A program made the position numbers and the translations under genes. This document shows, one piece after another, positions 30,115 to 38,834 of a stretch of 64,000 nt of DNA. Location of the stretch: contig OZ244197.1 of the NCBI GenBank assembly GCA_965216785.1, positions 1,792,001-1,856,000 on the forward strand, written 5' to 3'. Source of the stretch: Thermodesulfobacteriota bacterium. GTDB taxonomy: Bacteria > Desulfobacterota_D > UBA1144 > Nemesobacterales > UBA2774. The first letter of the stretch is position 1. The number at the start of each line of letters is the position of its first letter. The notes under the pieces are model-generated. The model worked only from the letters and a program-made list of their open reading frames with translations, was not told the DNA's origin and made no database searches.

Positions 30115-30960
30115 ATGAAAATTGCTGTAACAGCAGCGAGTGGGCATTTGGGTGCCGAGATAGTCAAGGCAACTGTTCAGCTTGTTGGTAAAGGTAACGT
30201 TGTCGGGCTTGCACGCACGCCTTCCAAAGCCGAACATCTTGGTATTGAAATTCGGAGGGGTGATTACGGTTCCAAGAAAGATTTAATGAAAACGCTGCGA
30301 CACGTGGACACCCTCTTGTTGGTATCCGGTATGGATGATCCTATAAAGCGCATTGATCAACACCGTAATGTAATTTATGCTGCCAAGTATGCTGGTGTGA
30401 AGAAGATTGTCTATACCAGCATTCAAGGTGCTGAGAAGCATACGGCTTTTTCTCCAATAATTCAAAGCAATCGCCAAACTGAGTGTGATTTACATCTCTG
30501 CGGATTAGATTGGGTAATTGGGCGCAATGGAATTTATATTGAATCAGACATTGAGTGTATAGCAACCTACAAGGAGAAGGGAGAAATCGCAAATTGTGCT
30601 GGCGATGGAAGATGTGGTTACACCACCCGGCCCGAATTAGCGTATGCCTATGCCCGAATCTTGACCGAATCCAAGCACAATGGTAGAACATATAATCTGC
30701 ATGGAGAACCGATTACACAGTATCAGCTAGCAGCTTATCTAAACATGACGTTTGGCACCAACTTGACATATAGACCTATGACAGTAGAAGAATATCGCCA
30801 AGATCGTATTACGGAATTGGGTGAATCAATGGGTAATATTATAACTGGCATCTATCAGGGAATTCGCGAAGGAGCATTGTTTAACATCAGCCATTATACT
30901 GACGCAACTTCCAGATCCCATCAAAGTTGGGAAAATTATTTCAATGCTCTGAAAATATAA
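30115..30960 (+). CDS. NmrA/atypical SDR NAD(P)H-binding oxidoreductase
   Basis: MKIAVTAASGHLG, GVKKIVYTS, RNGIY; ATG at 30115. Confidence 0.85.
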   Translation: MKIAVTAASGHLGAEIVKATVQLVGKGNVVGLARTPSKAEHLGIEIRRGDYGSKKDLMKTLRHVDTLLLVSGMDDPIKRIDQHRNVIYAAKYAGVKKIVYTSIQGAEKHTAFSPIIQSNRQTECDLHLCGLDWVIGRNGIYIESDIECIATYKEKGEIANCAGDGRCGYTTRPELAYAYARILTESKHNGRTYNLHGEPITQYQLAAYLNMTFGTNLTYRPMTVEEYRQDRITELGESMGNIITGIYQGIREGALFNISHYTDATSRSHQSWENYFNALKI

Positions 30961-30986
30961 GAATAATACTTTATATTTTTGTGTAC

Positions 30987-31010
30987 TCTTTCACCAGATG
31001 AAAGAATTTC
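30987..31010 (+). repeat. Palindromic island repeat, copy 3
   Basis: Identical to 20146-20169. Confidence 0.85.
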
Positions 31011-31167
31011 AGATGTATCCGCTCTTATTTCTTAGTAATTCGTATTTTATATAGACTGTGAACTTTGTGAGCCTATGTATAGTTATACAGGAACATCATT
31101 CAAGCTAGATATTATGTAAAATGCTTGCAACACAAAACGAGTATAGGGATCGCCACTTATACTCATT

Positions 31168-31189
31168 CTTATCCAATAGTATTGGATAT
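31168..31189 (+). repeat. Palindromic site TATCYAA-N5-TTRGATA, copy abutting the rep stop codon
   Basis: tatccaata-g-tattggata perfect palindrome at 31170-31188; second hairpin gagtata..tatactc at 31139-31164. Confidence 0.55.
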
Positions 31190-31674
31190 TATTTTCGGGT
31201 TCTATTAACTTCAGGGAAAACTAATTGCCCCTTATTAGTTTTGGGTGAGTAAAAATCAATCTCACTACCAAATCTAATGCTCTTAGTCAAATAAAATTTC
31301 GCTCCTAATTCAGGATCGTAATCATAAATACGAGCAAAACCATTTATGCTTTCATCTTCGTTTAAATTGAAGTTTTTTTCCCATAAATACATGTATTTCA
31401 GCTTATCTAATTTCCATACATCTCCGCCCATTAAAAAATGAAAGTGAATGACATTCCTTTTTTGATTTTCTAATACATAAACCCATGTTACGCCTAAATT
31501 CTTTTCTCTATATCTTCTGCCGTGAAGTTGCTGGTTTATTTTTTTTATGAAAGTGAAGAATCTTCTCTTAGCTATTTCAGGGTGAATTTGTTGCTGAAAT
31601 GTAAGTGTTCCATACCAATGGAAGGGTTCTAGCATAGATATTAGCTCAATCCAACCTAACTCTATAGGTCGCAA
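31189..31674 (-). CDS. Minimal HUH endonuclease / rolling-circle replication initiator-like protein
   Basis: Motif I GTLTF, motif II IHFHFLM, motif III YLTK in the canonical order. Confidence 0.7.
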   Translation of the reverse strand: MRPIELGWIELISMLEPFHWYGTLTFQQQIHPEIAKRRFFTFIKKINQQLHGRRYREKNLGVTWVYVLENQKRNVIHFHFLMGGDVWKLDKLKYMYLWEKNFNLNEDESINGFARIYDYDPELGAKFYLTKSIRFGSEIDFYSPKTNKGQLVFPEVNRTRK

Positions 31675-31693
31675 ATATGACTCATTAATATAA

Positions 31694-31885
31694 TTAATTA
31701 TAGCTCACCTCCACTCTATGTTTTTCAAGGAAATTCTCGAATTCAGATTGGTTGATTAGTATCTTTTTTTGGATTCGGTAGTGGGCAATCATTTTGTAAC
31801 GAATCCAATAATAAATCGTTGTTACATTGATTCCATATAATGCTGATAAGTCTTTGGGGGAGAGTTTCTTATCTTTGCTCTTCAT
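31694..31885 (-). CDS. Excisionase-like HTH_17 DNA-binding protein
   Basis: LSPKDLSALYGINVTTIYYWIR..I..YRI..KILI; 63 aa. Confidence 0.8.
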   Translation of the reverse strand: MKSKDKKLSPKDLSALYGINVTTIYYWIRYKMIAHYRIQKKILINQSEFENFLEKHRVEVSYN

Positions 31886-32063
31886 CTATCTCCACCTCAG
31901 CTAATTCACAGAGTCGACGTATTTTTTGCTCAAATATATTTAGCTCATCTGTTATCAATGAATAGAATGATAGAGCTTCACCTTTGTCTGCTGAAACAAA
32001 CGCTATGGTCTCTATGCCTTTAGGACTTAGGGTTAAAGCTACGCGACCTCTATTGAATCCCAT
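31869..32063 (-). CDS. Hypothetical protein
   Basis: AAGGAG RBS; co-oriented with and overlapping the xis-like gene. Confidence 0.5.
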   Translation of the reverse strand: MGFNRGRVALTLSPKGIETIAFVSADKGEALSFYSLITDELNIFEQKIRRLCELAEVEIDEEQR

Positions 32064-32128
32064 ATTTAACTCCTTAAATACTCTTCATGTATATAAGGGA
32101 AAAAACAGAGGGTTTTTAAAGGGGGGTT

Positions 32129-33034
32129 TTATAATTCGTTCATTTCTTTCTTTAAGTTCTTTTTAGCAGCTACTTCTAATTGACTTATTCTAGTTACAGA
32201 TATCTTTAATTCCTTCGCAGCTTCTGTCTTGTTAAAACCTTTGAAATACAACAATTCTATCACTTTTCGCTGTTGATCTGTAAGTTTCATTAATTGATTT
32301 TTTAGGTATTCCAGATCATTTATCAGAAAGATATCTTCCTCTAGATGAAAAGTATTATCATCAAACTCTTCAGGAATACCTTTCTGGAGTTCACCAAGTT
32401 GATATCTGATGCTGTCTTTGACTCGGAATGGTAACTTTTCTAAGTCTTCCAGGAGAGAAAAGAGCATTGAATCCTTACTTGTATCAAATGCATTTCTTAG
32501 AGTACTCTCAAATTCTTCTTGTAATAGTTCTTCTGGTAAGTCTTGTATATCTTTATGAAAAAGAAACTTTACTTCTCGTTCATGCTTTATATAGACACCA
32601 TATCTCTTGGATACTTTGGCAGTTGCATATCTGAGTTCATCCAATAATTGTCTATCGTCGTCAAGTATTCGTCTGAATCTGGGATAACCGTATTTTGGAT
32701 ACTCCTTTTCGAGGAACTTTAATATATTTCTCCATCGAGTGATGTATTCAGGAGTGCACATCACCCGTATAGCAAACATGGTATCCTTAGAAGAGTCAGT
32801 TATATCTTGGACGTAATATTCATTTTGTGTGCCGAAATATTGATCAATGATTTCAGCAGCTATATCTAATATTTTTCCATTCAGAGATTTATTTGAATCG
32901 ATACACTTATCCTTTGAAATGACTACAGCCTTTTCATTTTCGAATACCCTAATCTCAAATTTATCCAAAGTTTGGGCAATAGGTTCCGCTCTTTTCCGAA
33001 AATTCTTAACTTCAAGCTCACTTGCAGTAGGCAT
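32129..33034 (-). CDS. Protein with C-terminal sigma-70 region 4 HTH
   Basis: LTDQQRKVIELLYFKGFNKTEAAKELKISVTRISQLEVAAKKNLK; N-terminal part unrecognised. Confidence 0.7.
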   Translation of the reverse strand: MPTASELEVKNFRKRAEPIAQTLDKFEIRVFENEKAVVISKDKCIDSNKSLNGKILDIAAEIIDQYFGTQNEYYVQDITDSSKDTMFAIRVMCTPEYITRWRNILKFLEKEYPKYGYPRFRRILDDDRQLLDELRYATAKVSKRYGVYIKHEREVKFLFHKDIQDLPEELLQEEFESTLRNAFDTSKDSMLFSLLEDLEKLPFRVKDSIRYQLGELQKGIPEEFDDNTFHLEEDIFLINDLEYLKNQLMKLTDQQRKVIELLYFKGFNKTEAAKELKISVTRISQLEVAAKKNLKKEMNEL

Positions 33035-33042
33035 TGTATTAA

Positions 33043-33072
33043 GTGTTCCTTTTAGTGACCAAATAGGTGTCC
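33043..33072 (+). repeat. Putative integrase arm-type sites, right arm (3 copies, 12-bp period)
   Basis: gtgttc (33043), gtgacc (33055), gtgtcc (33067). Confidence 0.65.
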
Positions 33073-33189
33073 TTTCTGGTTATAAATACTCTACATATTC
33101 TAAATATACAAGTGTATTTGTAGGTGGAAATGTTTAATGTTCTTAGATAAATACTATGATTTGAGATACTTAGTAGTATACGTTCAATC

Positions 33190-33237
33190 GGATTAGGAAT
33201 CCTGCGCTCTATCCTGCTGAGCTACGGGGACTGTTTA
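33190..33237 (+). repeat. att direct repeat, right: orphan 5' fragment of tRNA-Arg on the minus strand
   Basis: 48/48 identical to 14968-15015; lacks T-arm and 3' acceptor strand. Confidence 0.95.
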
Positions 33238-33291
33238 GTTCTTCTAGAGGCTTATATTAATAACAGAATTTAGCGGCTTCATCAATAGCTT

Positions 33292-33648
33292 TCAGCCAAG
33301 TAGTGTAAGTATATTCCCGGCGGGGTCTTTGAGATGCGCGAGTGTTCCTCCCCAGTCTTGCTTTGTCGGGGGCCCTGTGAATTCAACGCCTTTTTCTGTT
33401 AGGTCTTTGTATACTGCATCTATGTCATCGACCTGAAGGGACATTCCTACAAACCGTCCGACAAGAGCTTTTCCTTCCTCATCGTTTTCAGCGACTTGCT
33501 CAAGCCCGAGGCTCGGGCCTCCTATGTCAAACTCGGCCCATCCGAGCGCGGGTTCTTTGTACTTAACAGGAAGCTCCAGAGTGTTTTCATAGAAATCGCA
33601 AGCGCTCTCCCAATCCCGGACAAATACTCTTACCGCGTAAAGTTTCAT
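33292..33648 (-). CDS. VOC/glyoxalase family protein
   Basis: VRDWE.A.DFY..TL, VDDID.VY..L..KGV, DWGG..AHLKDPAGN. Confidence 0.9.
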   Translation of the reverse strand: MKLYAVRVFVRDWESACDFYENTLELPVKYKEPALGWAEFDIGGPSLGLEQVAENDEEGKALVGRFVGMSLQVDDIDAVYKDLTEKGVEFTGPPTKQDWGGTLAHLKDPAGNILTLLG

Positions 33649-33726
33649 TACGATACCTCCAGATTATAAACTTAATGGACTTGTGCCTGAATATATACGA
33701 AAAATAATCGCATATATAGTAATGTG

Positions 33727-34320
33727 CTATTTTTTCACGTTCTTTCTTTCCTGCACATAACCGATGCGCTTATTCAAAGATGTTCTCTTGATGAAGTGGG
33801 CGAGCGCTTTTTCGTACAGCTCCTCACTGTGGCGTTTGCGGCTCTCGATGTAGGCAATACGTATTCTCTTGTAAGAGCCCGGCATCATTTGGAAATGTTT
33901 CCATGCATCTTTGTTCGTTTTAATCGCATTTAAGATATCAGGTGGAATTGTAAACTCTTCAGGATCATCATTTTCAGGGTCGAATACGTGCTCGATAGCC
34001 CGGAGACCGGCCTTTGTCATTTTCTTATGTTTTACAAGCTCTCTTACCCGCTCCAAATTCGTTTGCGATAACTTGCTTTTAGGTCTCCTTGGGCAGAAAC
34101 GCTGTGTGAACCGCTCTTCGTCTATTTTCTTCACGGTGCTGTCAATCCACCCGTAGCACAGGGCTTCGAGCACTGCGTCGTCATAGGGGATGCGAGGTTT
34201 CCCGCTGTCCTTCCGGTAATATATCAGCCATATCTCGGGCTCTTTCTTATGGTTTTTCGAGAGCCAGGAGCGCCACACTTTTCTATCTGTGACATAGAGT
34301 GTTTTACCGGGTAGTTTCAT
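33727..34320 (-). CDS. YdeI/OmpD-associated family protein
   Basis: WRSWL.KNH, EALCYGWIDS, RF.PRRPKS..S.TN. Confidence 0.85.
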   Translation of the reverse strand: MKLPGKTLYVTDRKVWRSWLSKNHKKEPEIWLIYYRKDSGKPRIPYDDAVLEALCYGWIDSTVKKIDEERFTQRFCPRRPKSKLSQTNLERVRELVKHKKMTKAGLRAIEHVFDPENDDPEEFTIPPDILNAIKTNKDAWKHFQMMPGSYKRIRIAYIESRKRHSEELYEKALAHFIKRTSLNKRIGYVQERKNVKK

Positions 34321-34361
34321 GGTTACTAGCAGAGTTGCCTAAGGGGCTCTTATCTGGAGAC

Positions 34362-35570
34362 TCAGCCGTGGATTTCCCTGTACGCTTTATCTCCGACAGA
34401 TTCAGTGATCTTAAGCCCGTACTCGTGTGCCTTCAGTATGGTGTCCAGTATCAGCTCTTCGGTTATCTCCATTGGCTCGTTATAAATGATTGGAATTGCG
34501 CGCGCCGCGGGCGGGAACTTTTTAATAATATCCATATCGCGCGCGGGGTCGAGACCAAACTGTCTCAGGTGTATGGGAAGGCCTACGTTCGCAAAAAAGG
34601 TAGCCGCTTTTTCAGCCTCATCCATTTTATCCTCAAGTAAAAGGTGGGCGACCAGACCGAAGGCAACCATCTCGCCGTGCATGAAGTTTTCATGTATCTC
34701 CGGCATCACGGTCAAGCTCTGCCCTATAGCGTGCGCGGCGGCCACGCCGCAGCTTTCAAACCCTAGCCCGCTTAAAAGAATATTGGCCTCTACGACTCTT
34801 TCCACAGCATCGTTTATCTCGTTTTTCTTAACAGCTTCAATTGCGCTCGGGGCATATTCGTAAAGCGTATTGGCGCAGAGCTCTGCTATAGCGACCGCTG
34901 CCATAGTGGGGCGGGTTCCTATAAGCGATAGAGCCTTTGGGTTCTGTACGCAAGTTCGCGCCTCATACCATGTGGCCATAGCGTCACCCAGGCCTGAAAC
35001 TACAAAACGGAACGGAGCTTCGGCAGCAATTTTTGTGTCTACTATAACCAGCGTCGGGTTGAACGGGTAAAACTCAACATCTTGGAATGCTCCTTGCTCG
35101 CTATATATAACGGAAAGGGCGGCGCAAGGAGCGTCTGTGGAAGCTATAGTCGGGCAGATTATTACAGGAATGGCTAGACGGTGAGCAACAGCCCTTCCTG
35201 TGTCGAGGCACTTACCGCCCCCTATGGCAACGATGGCATCGATGGGCTTTTCTTCTTTATTCAACAAGTTAGTTATACGGTCATATTCCTCCAAGCTGCT
35301 TTCTCCGCCAAAGATAACCAATGTTTCATCTATGCCGGAATGTTTCAGACTTTCACTTATCCTCCTGCCAAACCTTTTACTCCCACCACCTGTGATAATT
35401 ACTGCGGTATGCTTGGCATCACTCATGCCTAGATAGAGCCCTAGGTTGTCGAGCGCACCCTCACACTGAATATACTTTCGGGGAGAATTGAGCACTCTGG
35501 GGACTATATGTCCTTTGCTTACTTCGGCTGAAAATATTTCTTCAGGTTTGAAAGGCTTTCGCGGGGACAT
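34362..35570 (-). CDS. gldA: Glycerol dehydrogenase
   Basis: SPRKYIQ, GGGKCLDT, PTIASTDAPC, LLSGLGFES, HGEMVAFG. Confidence 0.88.
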   Translation of the reverse strand: MSPRKPFKPEEIFSAEVSKGHIVPRVLNSPRKYIQCEGALDNLGLYLGMSDAKHTAVIITGGGSKRFGRRISESLKHSGIDETLVIFGGESSLEEYDRITNLLNKEEKPIDAIVAIGGGKCLDTGRAVAHRLAIPVIICPTIASTDAPCAALSVIYSEQGAFQDVEFYPFNPTLVIVDTKIAAEAPFRFVVSGLGDAMATWYEARTCVQNPKALSLIGTRPTMAAVAIAELCANTLYEYAPSAIEAVKKNEINDAVERVVEANILLSGLGFESCGVAAAHAIGQSLTVMPEIHENFMHGEMVAFGLVAHLLLEDKMDEAEKAATFFANVGLPIHLRQFGLDPARDMDIIKKFPPAARAIPIIYNEPMEITEELILDTILKAHEYGLKITESVGDKAYREIHG

Positions 35571-35613
35571 ATGTTTCTCCTCTCTTTAGAAGGCAGTAAT
35601 GGTTTCAGTCATC

Positions 35614-36141
35614 TTACTCGACTTTTAATTTGTACTTAGACTTTGTTTCCCGCCCGTCGATGTCCGAAATTGAAAACCCTACTTTATACTTCCCTTTAGG
35701 GACGTGGATTGATTTCATATGAAGAACCGCCCCCTCCTTATCTGTTTTTACATACGGGAGTACCCGGCTCGTTAGGTTTTTTTTGAAAAAGAACTTCTCA
35801 CCCCAAACATCGAGTGATTCTAAATTGAGCGGAGAGGCGTTCTGTTTGAATATCACATATACGTTTACAGGCGTTATGGCCTCAATCATGGGGCCTTTCT
35901 TCATCTCCATTACGGCAGGCTCGTCAATAATTATGCTCGGGGCCTTATCGTCTGATTTTACTTCACCCGAAGCGGTCTCCTTATCGAATTCTTCATCTGA
36001 ATAGCGGAGCTTCTTGGCGTCATCTTCAGAGAAAAGCTCTGCCTGTTTTTCACCGAATGAGTCAGGCGGGCTTAGTAATATGAAGCCTACTAAGGATATT
36101 ACAAACAATATTATAAATTTTCCGGATACTGTTTTTAGCAT
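35614..36141 (-). CDS. Hypothetical exported protein
   Basis: Signal/TM after the probable ATG at 36141; no recognised motif. Confidence 0.55.
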   Translation of the reverse strand: MLKTVSGKFIILFVISLVGFILLSPPDSFGEKQAELFSEDDAKKLRYSDEEFDKETASGEVKSDDKAPSIIIDEPAVMEMKKGPMIEAITPVNVYVIFKQNASPLNLESLDVWGEKFFFKKNLTSRVLPYVKTDKEGAVLHMKSIHVPKGKYKVGFSISDIDGRETKSKYKLKVE

Positions 36142-36313
36142 ATTGCCTCGCATGTGTTGATTTGTATATTTACCAACTTTAATTTCAACAATATCCCTCT
36201 GGTGTCTAAGTGTCAAGCCCGATATGACAGGGCTAACTCGGGAAGCTTTTAATTTCTGTCTTTACATAGGATTAAAGAGTTGATATTATCCCGTCTCGTA
36301 GGAGGACACATCT

Positions 36314-37225
36314 ATGGCTAAAGTGAAAATAACGCCGTCTAGGACAAAGATAGGGTGGATAGGCACAGGGGTAATGGGAAGCTCGATGTGTATGCACCTT
36401 GTTAAAAAAGGATACAGCTGCACTGTATATAACAGGACTAAACGTAAGGCTAAAAAACTGATTGACGCGGGGGCAGCTTGGGCGAAGTCGCCTCGGGAGG
36501 TTGCCGAGGAGTCAGACGTTGTGTTCACGATTGTTGGTTTTCCCAAGGACGTAAGGGACGTCTATTTCAGTAAGAACGGTATATTCGAAGGGTCTGACAA
36601 GGGGAAAATACTGGTAGATATGACGACTACGGAGCCCTCACTCGCAGAGGAAATTTACAAACAGGCCAAGAAAGCGGGGGCTTCTTCGGTAGACGCGCCT
36701 GTCTCGGGCGGGGACATAGGGGCTCAGAGCGCAGCGCTGTCTATCATGGTCGGCGGAGATAAGGACACTGTGGCCTCTGTAATGCCTCTATTTAAGCTGA
36801 TGGGTAAGAACATCGTGCACCAGGGCGGAGCGGGCAAAGGACAGCATGCGAAGATGTGTAACCAGATAATGGTTACAGGGCTTATGATAGGGATGTGCGA
36901 GACGCTGCTTTACGGCTATAAGGCGGGGCTTGATCTCGACACGATGCTGAGCTCTGTAAGCAAAGGCGCTGCCGCGTGCTGGATGCTGGATAACCTGGCG
37001 CCAAGGATGCTGAAGAGGGATTTCAGTCCCGGGTTTTATGTGGAGCATTATATAAAAGACCTTGGTATCGCGCTTGAGGAAGCCAAGAGAATGAACATAT
37101 CGCTTCCGGGTTTAGCGCTCGTAAACCAGCTTTACATTGCCACTCAGGCACAGGGGCACGGAAGGAAGGGAACACAGGCGCTCTTGCTGGCATTGGAGAC
37201 TCTATCAGGGGTTAAGAGGCGGTAA
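36314..37225 (+). CDS. 3-hydroxyisobutyrate / 2-hydroxy-3-oxopropionate dehydrogenase family
   Basis: GWIGTGVMG, DAPVSGGD, K.CNQ. Confidence 0.88.
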   Translation: MAKVKITPSRTKIGWIGTGVMGSSMCMHLVKKGYSCTVYNRTKRKAKKLIDAGAAWAKSPREVAEESDVVFTIVGFPKDVRDVYFSKNGIFEGSDKGKILVDMTTTEPSLAEEIYKQAKKAGASSVDAPVSGGDIGAQSAALSIMVGGDKDTVASVMPLFKLMGKNIVHQGGAGKGQHAKMCNQIMVTGLMIGMCETLLYGYKAGLDLDTMLSSVSKGAAACWMLDNLAPRMLKRDFSPGFYVEHYIKDLGIALEEAKRMNISLPGLALVNQLYIATQAQGHGRKGTQALLLALETLSGVKRR

Positions 37226-37241
37226 TAGCGGGTGTGTACAT

Positions 37242-38648
37242 CTAACTAATAGTTCTGATCTGTATTGCGTCAATTCCGGCGCCGGCGATTATATCTGACA
37301 GCACAACAACCCGGTCTCCGGGCTCAAACCCCTCGCGGTTTTTTAATATTGAAAGTGCGTTCTGAATTGATTTCTCGGGATCTCTGCTGAATAAAATCCG
37401 GTGAGCCATCACCCCACGGTTCAAGAAGAGCTGTCTTCTGGTTCTGTTGTCGTTTGTGAACGCGTATATATATGTTTTAAAGGGTCTGCAGTTGGTTAAG
37501 TACTGCGCCATGATACCGCGGCGGGTAATTACTAAAATACCTCTGGCGTTGATAGACTCAGCAAGATTCACAGCGGACTGCGCGACGCTTTGTTTTATGT
37601 CATCACTTATAAGATTTGAGCTGAAGTTCATGCCCGGCAGCTGCTCGGAAGCGGTTGCGATTTTATGAATATTCTCTATGCAGCGGATCGGGTATCTCCC
37701 TACGGCGGTCTCGCCCGAAAGCATTACGGCATCGACCTCGCTATATACGGCATTGGCCACGTCCGTTACCTCGGCGCGGGTCGGAACGGGGTTTTCAATC
37801 ATGGACTCCAAAAGATGAGTAGCCACTATAACCCTTTTTCCTTTCTCCTGGCATTTACGGACTATAGTGCGCTGCACGTTTGGGAGCTCTTCGAGCTCAA
37901 TTTCAACTCCCAAATCACCCCGTGCCACCATTACGGCGTCTGAAACATCTATGATCTCTTCAATATTGTTGACCCCGTCCTGATTCTCGATCTTAGAGAT
38001 AACCTTTATTTTATTTACCTTATCTCCCAACAGCTCTTTTAGCTCCAGTACGTCGCTTGCCTGGCGGACAAACGAGAGAGCGATAAAATCCACTTCCTGC
38101 TCGACCCCGAATAGGACGTGCTCTTTATCATGCTCTGAAATCGAGGGCAGGTTGAGTCTGATACCGGGCAGGTTGACGTGACGCTGGCTTTTCAGCATCC
38201 CTCCGTCTATGACCTTGCATTCCATAGTCCCCCGGTTTTTCTTTAGAATCTCAAGGTTAATCAGTCCGCTGTCTACGGAGATCTTGTCCCCCTCGTTTAA
38301 CGTATTGATGAGGTCTTCGTAATCTATACTGAAAGAGGATATCTCGGCATCCTGGTTGCCCACGGATACTGTTATAACGTCGCCTTCCTGTAGCTGCAGA
38401 TCTTTGCTCAGTCTGCCCGTTCTTATCTCGGGGCCCTCCAGGTCCAGGAGCACTGGAATGGCGTCTTTTATTTTCTGGTTGATATTCTTGATGGACCTTA
38501 TGACTTTTTCGTGGTTCTCATGTGTGCCGTGCGACATGTTAAGGCGCACGATATTCATGCCGGCTACATACATTGCCATCAGCCTATCGTATGTACTGGT
38601 GGTAGGCCCTATGGTGCAGATGATTTTAGTTTTTCTTAATGGATTCAT
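37242..38648 (-). CDS. pyk: Pyruvate kinase
   Basis: RKTKIICTIGP, RLNMSHG, KIEN, MVARGDLG, MLSGETA. Confidence 0.96.
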   Translation of the reverse strand: MNPLRKTKIICTIGPTTSTYDRLMAMYVAGMNIVRLNMSHGTHENHEKVIRSIKNINQKIKDAIPVLLDLEGPEIRTGRLSKDLQLQEGDVITVSVGNQDAEISSFSIDYEDLINTLNEGDKISVDSGLINLEILKKNRGTMECKVIDGGMLKSQRHVNLPGIRLNLPSISEHDKEHVLFGVEQEVDFIALSFVRQASDVLELKELLGDKVNKIKVISKIENQDGVNNIEEIIDVSDAVMVARGDLGVEIELEELPNVQRTIVRKCQEKGKRVIVATHLLESMIENPVPTRAEVTDVANAVYSEVDAVMLSGETAVGRYPIRCIENIHKIATASEQLPGMNFSSNLISDDIKQSVAQSAVNLAESINARGILVITRRGIMAQYLTNCRPFKTYIYAFTNDNRTRRQLFLNRGVMAHRILFSRDPEKSIQNALSILKNREGFEPGDRVVVLSDIIAGAGIDAIQIRTIS

Positions 38649-38834
38649 GACAGATTATGACATCTAATTATGACGGGAGTTTGAAAATTGTAAATATTCG
38701 TAACGTGAGATTAATTTCTCGATAAAGGCCGGGCAGCTTTAGGCGTATTCGATTTTGGTAAAATGGAATACTTGAAAAATAAAGAATCGGTCCTCGGTTT
38801 ATAGTCTCACGCAAAATATGCTATTCTCAAATAT

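Larger units (their letters stand above)
14968..33237. mobile_element. ~18.2 kb integrative element / genomic island in tRNA-Arg(CCT)
   Basis: 48-bp direct repeats at both ends, adjacent tyrosine integrase, xis-like and Rep genes, backbone visibly AT-richer than the flanks. Confidence 0.92.

Noticed and set aside
18915-31010. Classical integron with attC cassettes
   Set aside because: The repeats lack RYYYAAC/GTTRRRY ends and attC length, and the integrase looks phage-type rather than IntI.
31095-31122. dif-like XerC/D site
   Set aside because: TTATGTAAAAT resembles the XerD arm, but no XerC arm ending in ATAA lies 6 bp upstream.
33190-33231. Second functional tRNA-Arg
   Set aside because: Only the 5' 42 nt are present; no T-arm or 3' acceptor strand.
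14968-33237. Prophage or conjugative ICE
   Set aside because: No capsid, terminase, tail, Zot-like ATPase, T4SS or coupling protein genes.
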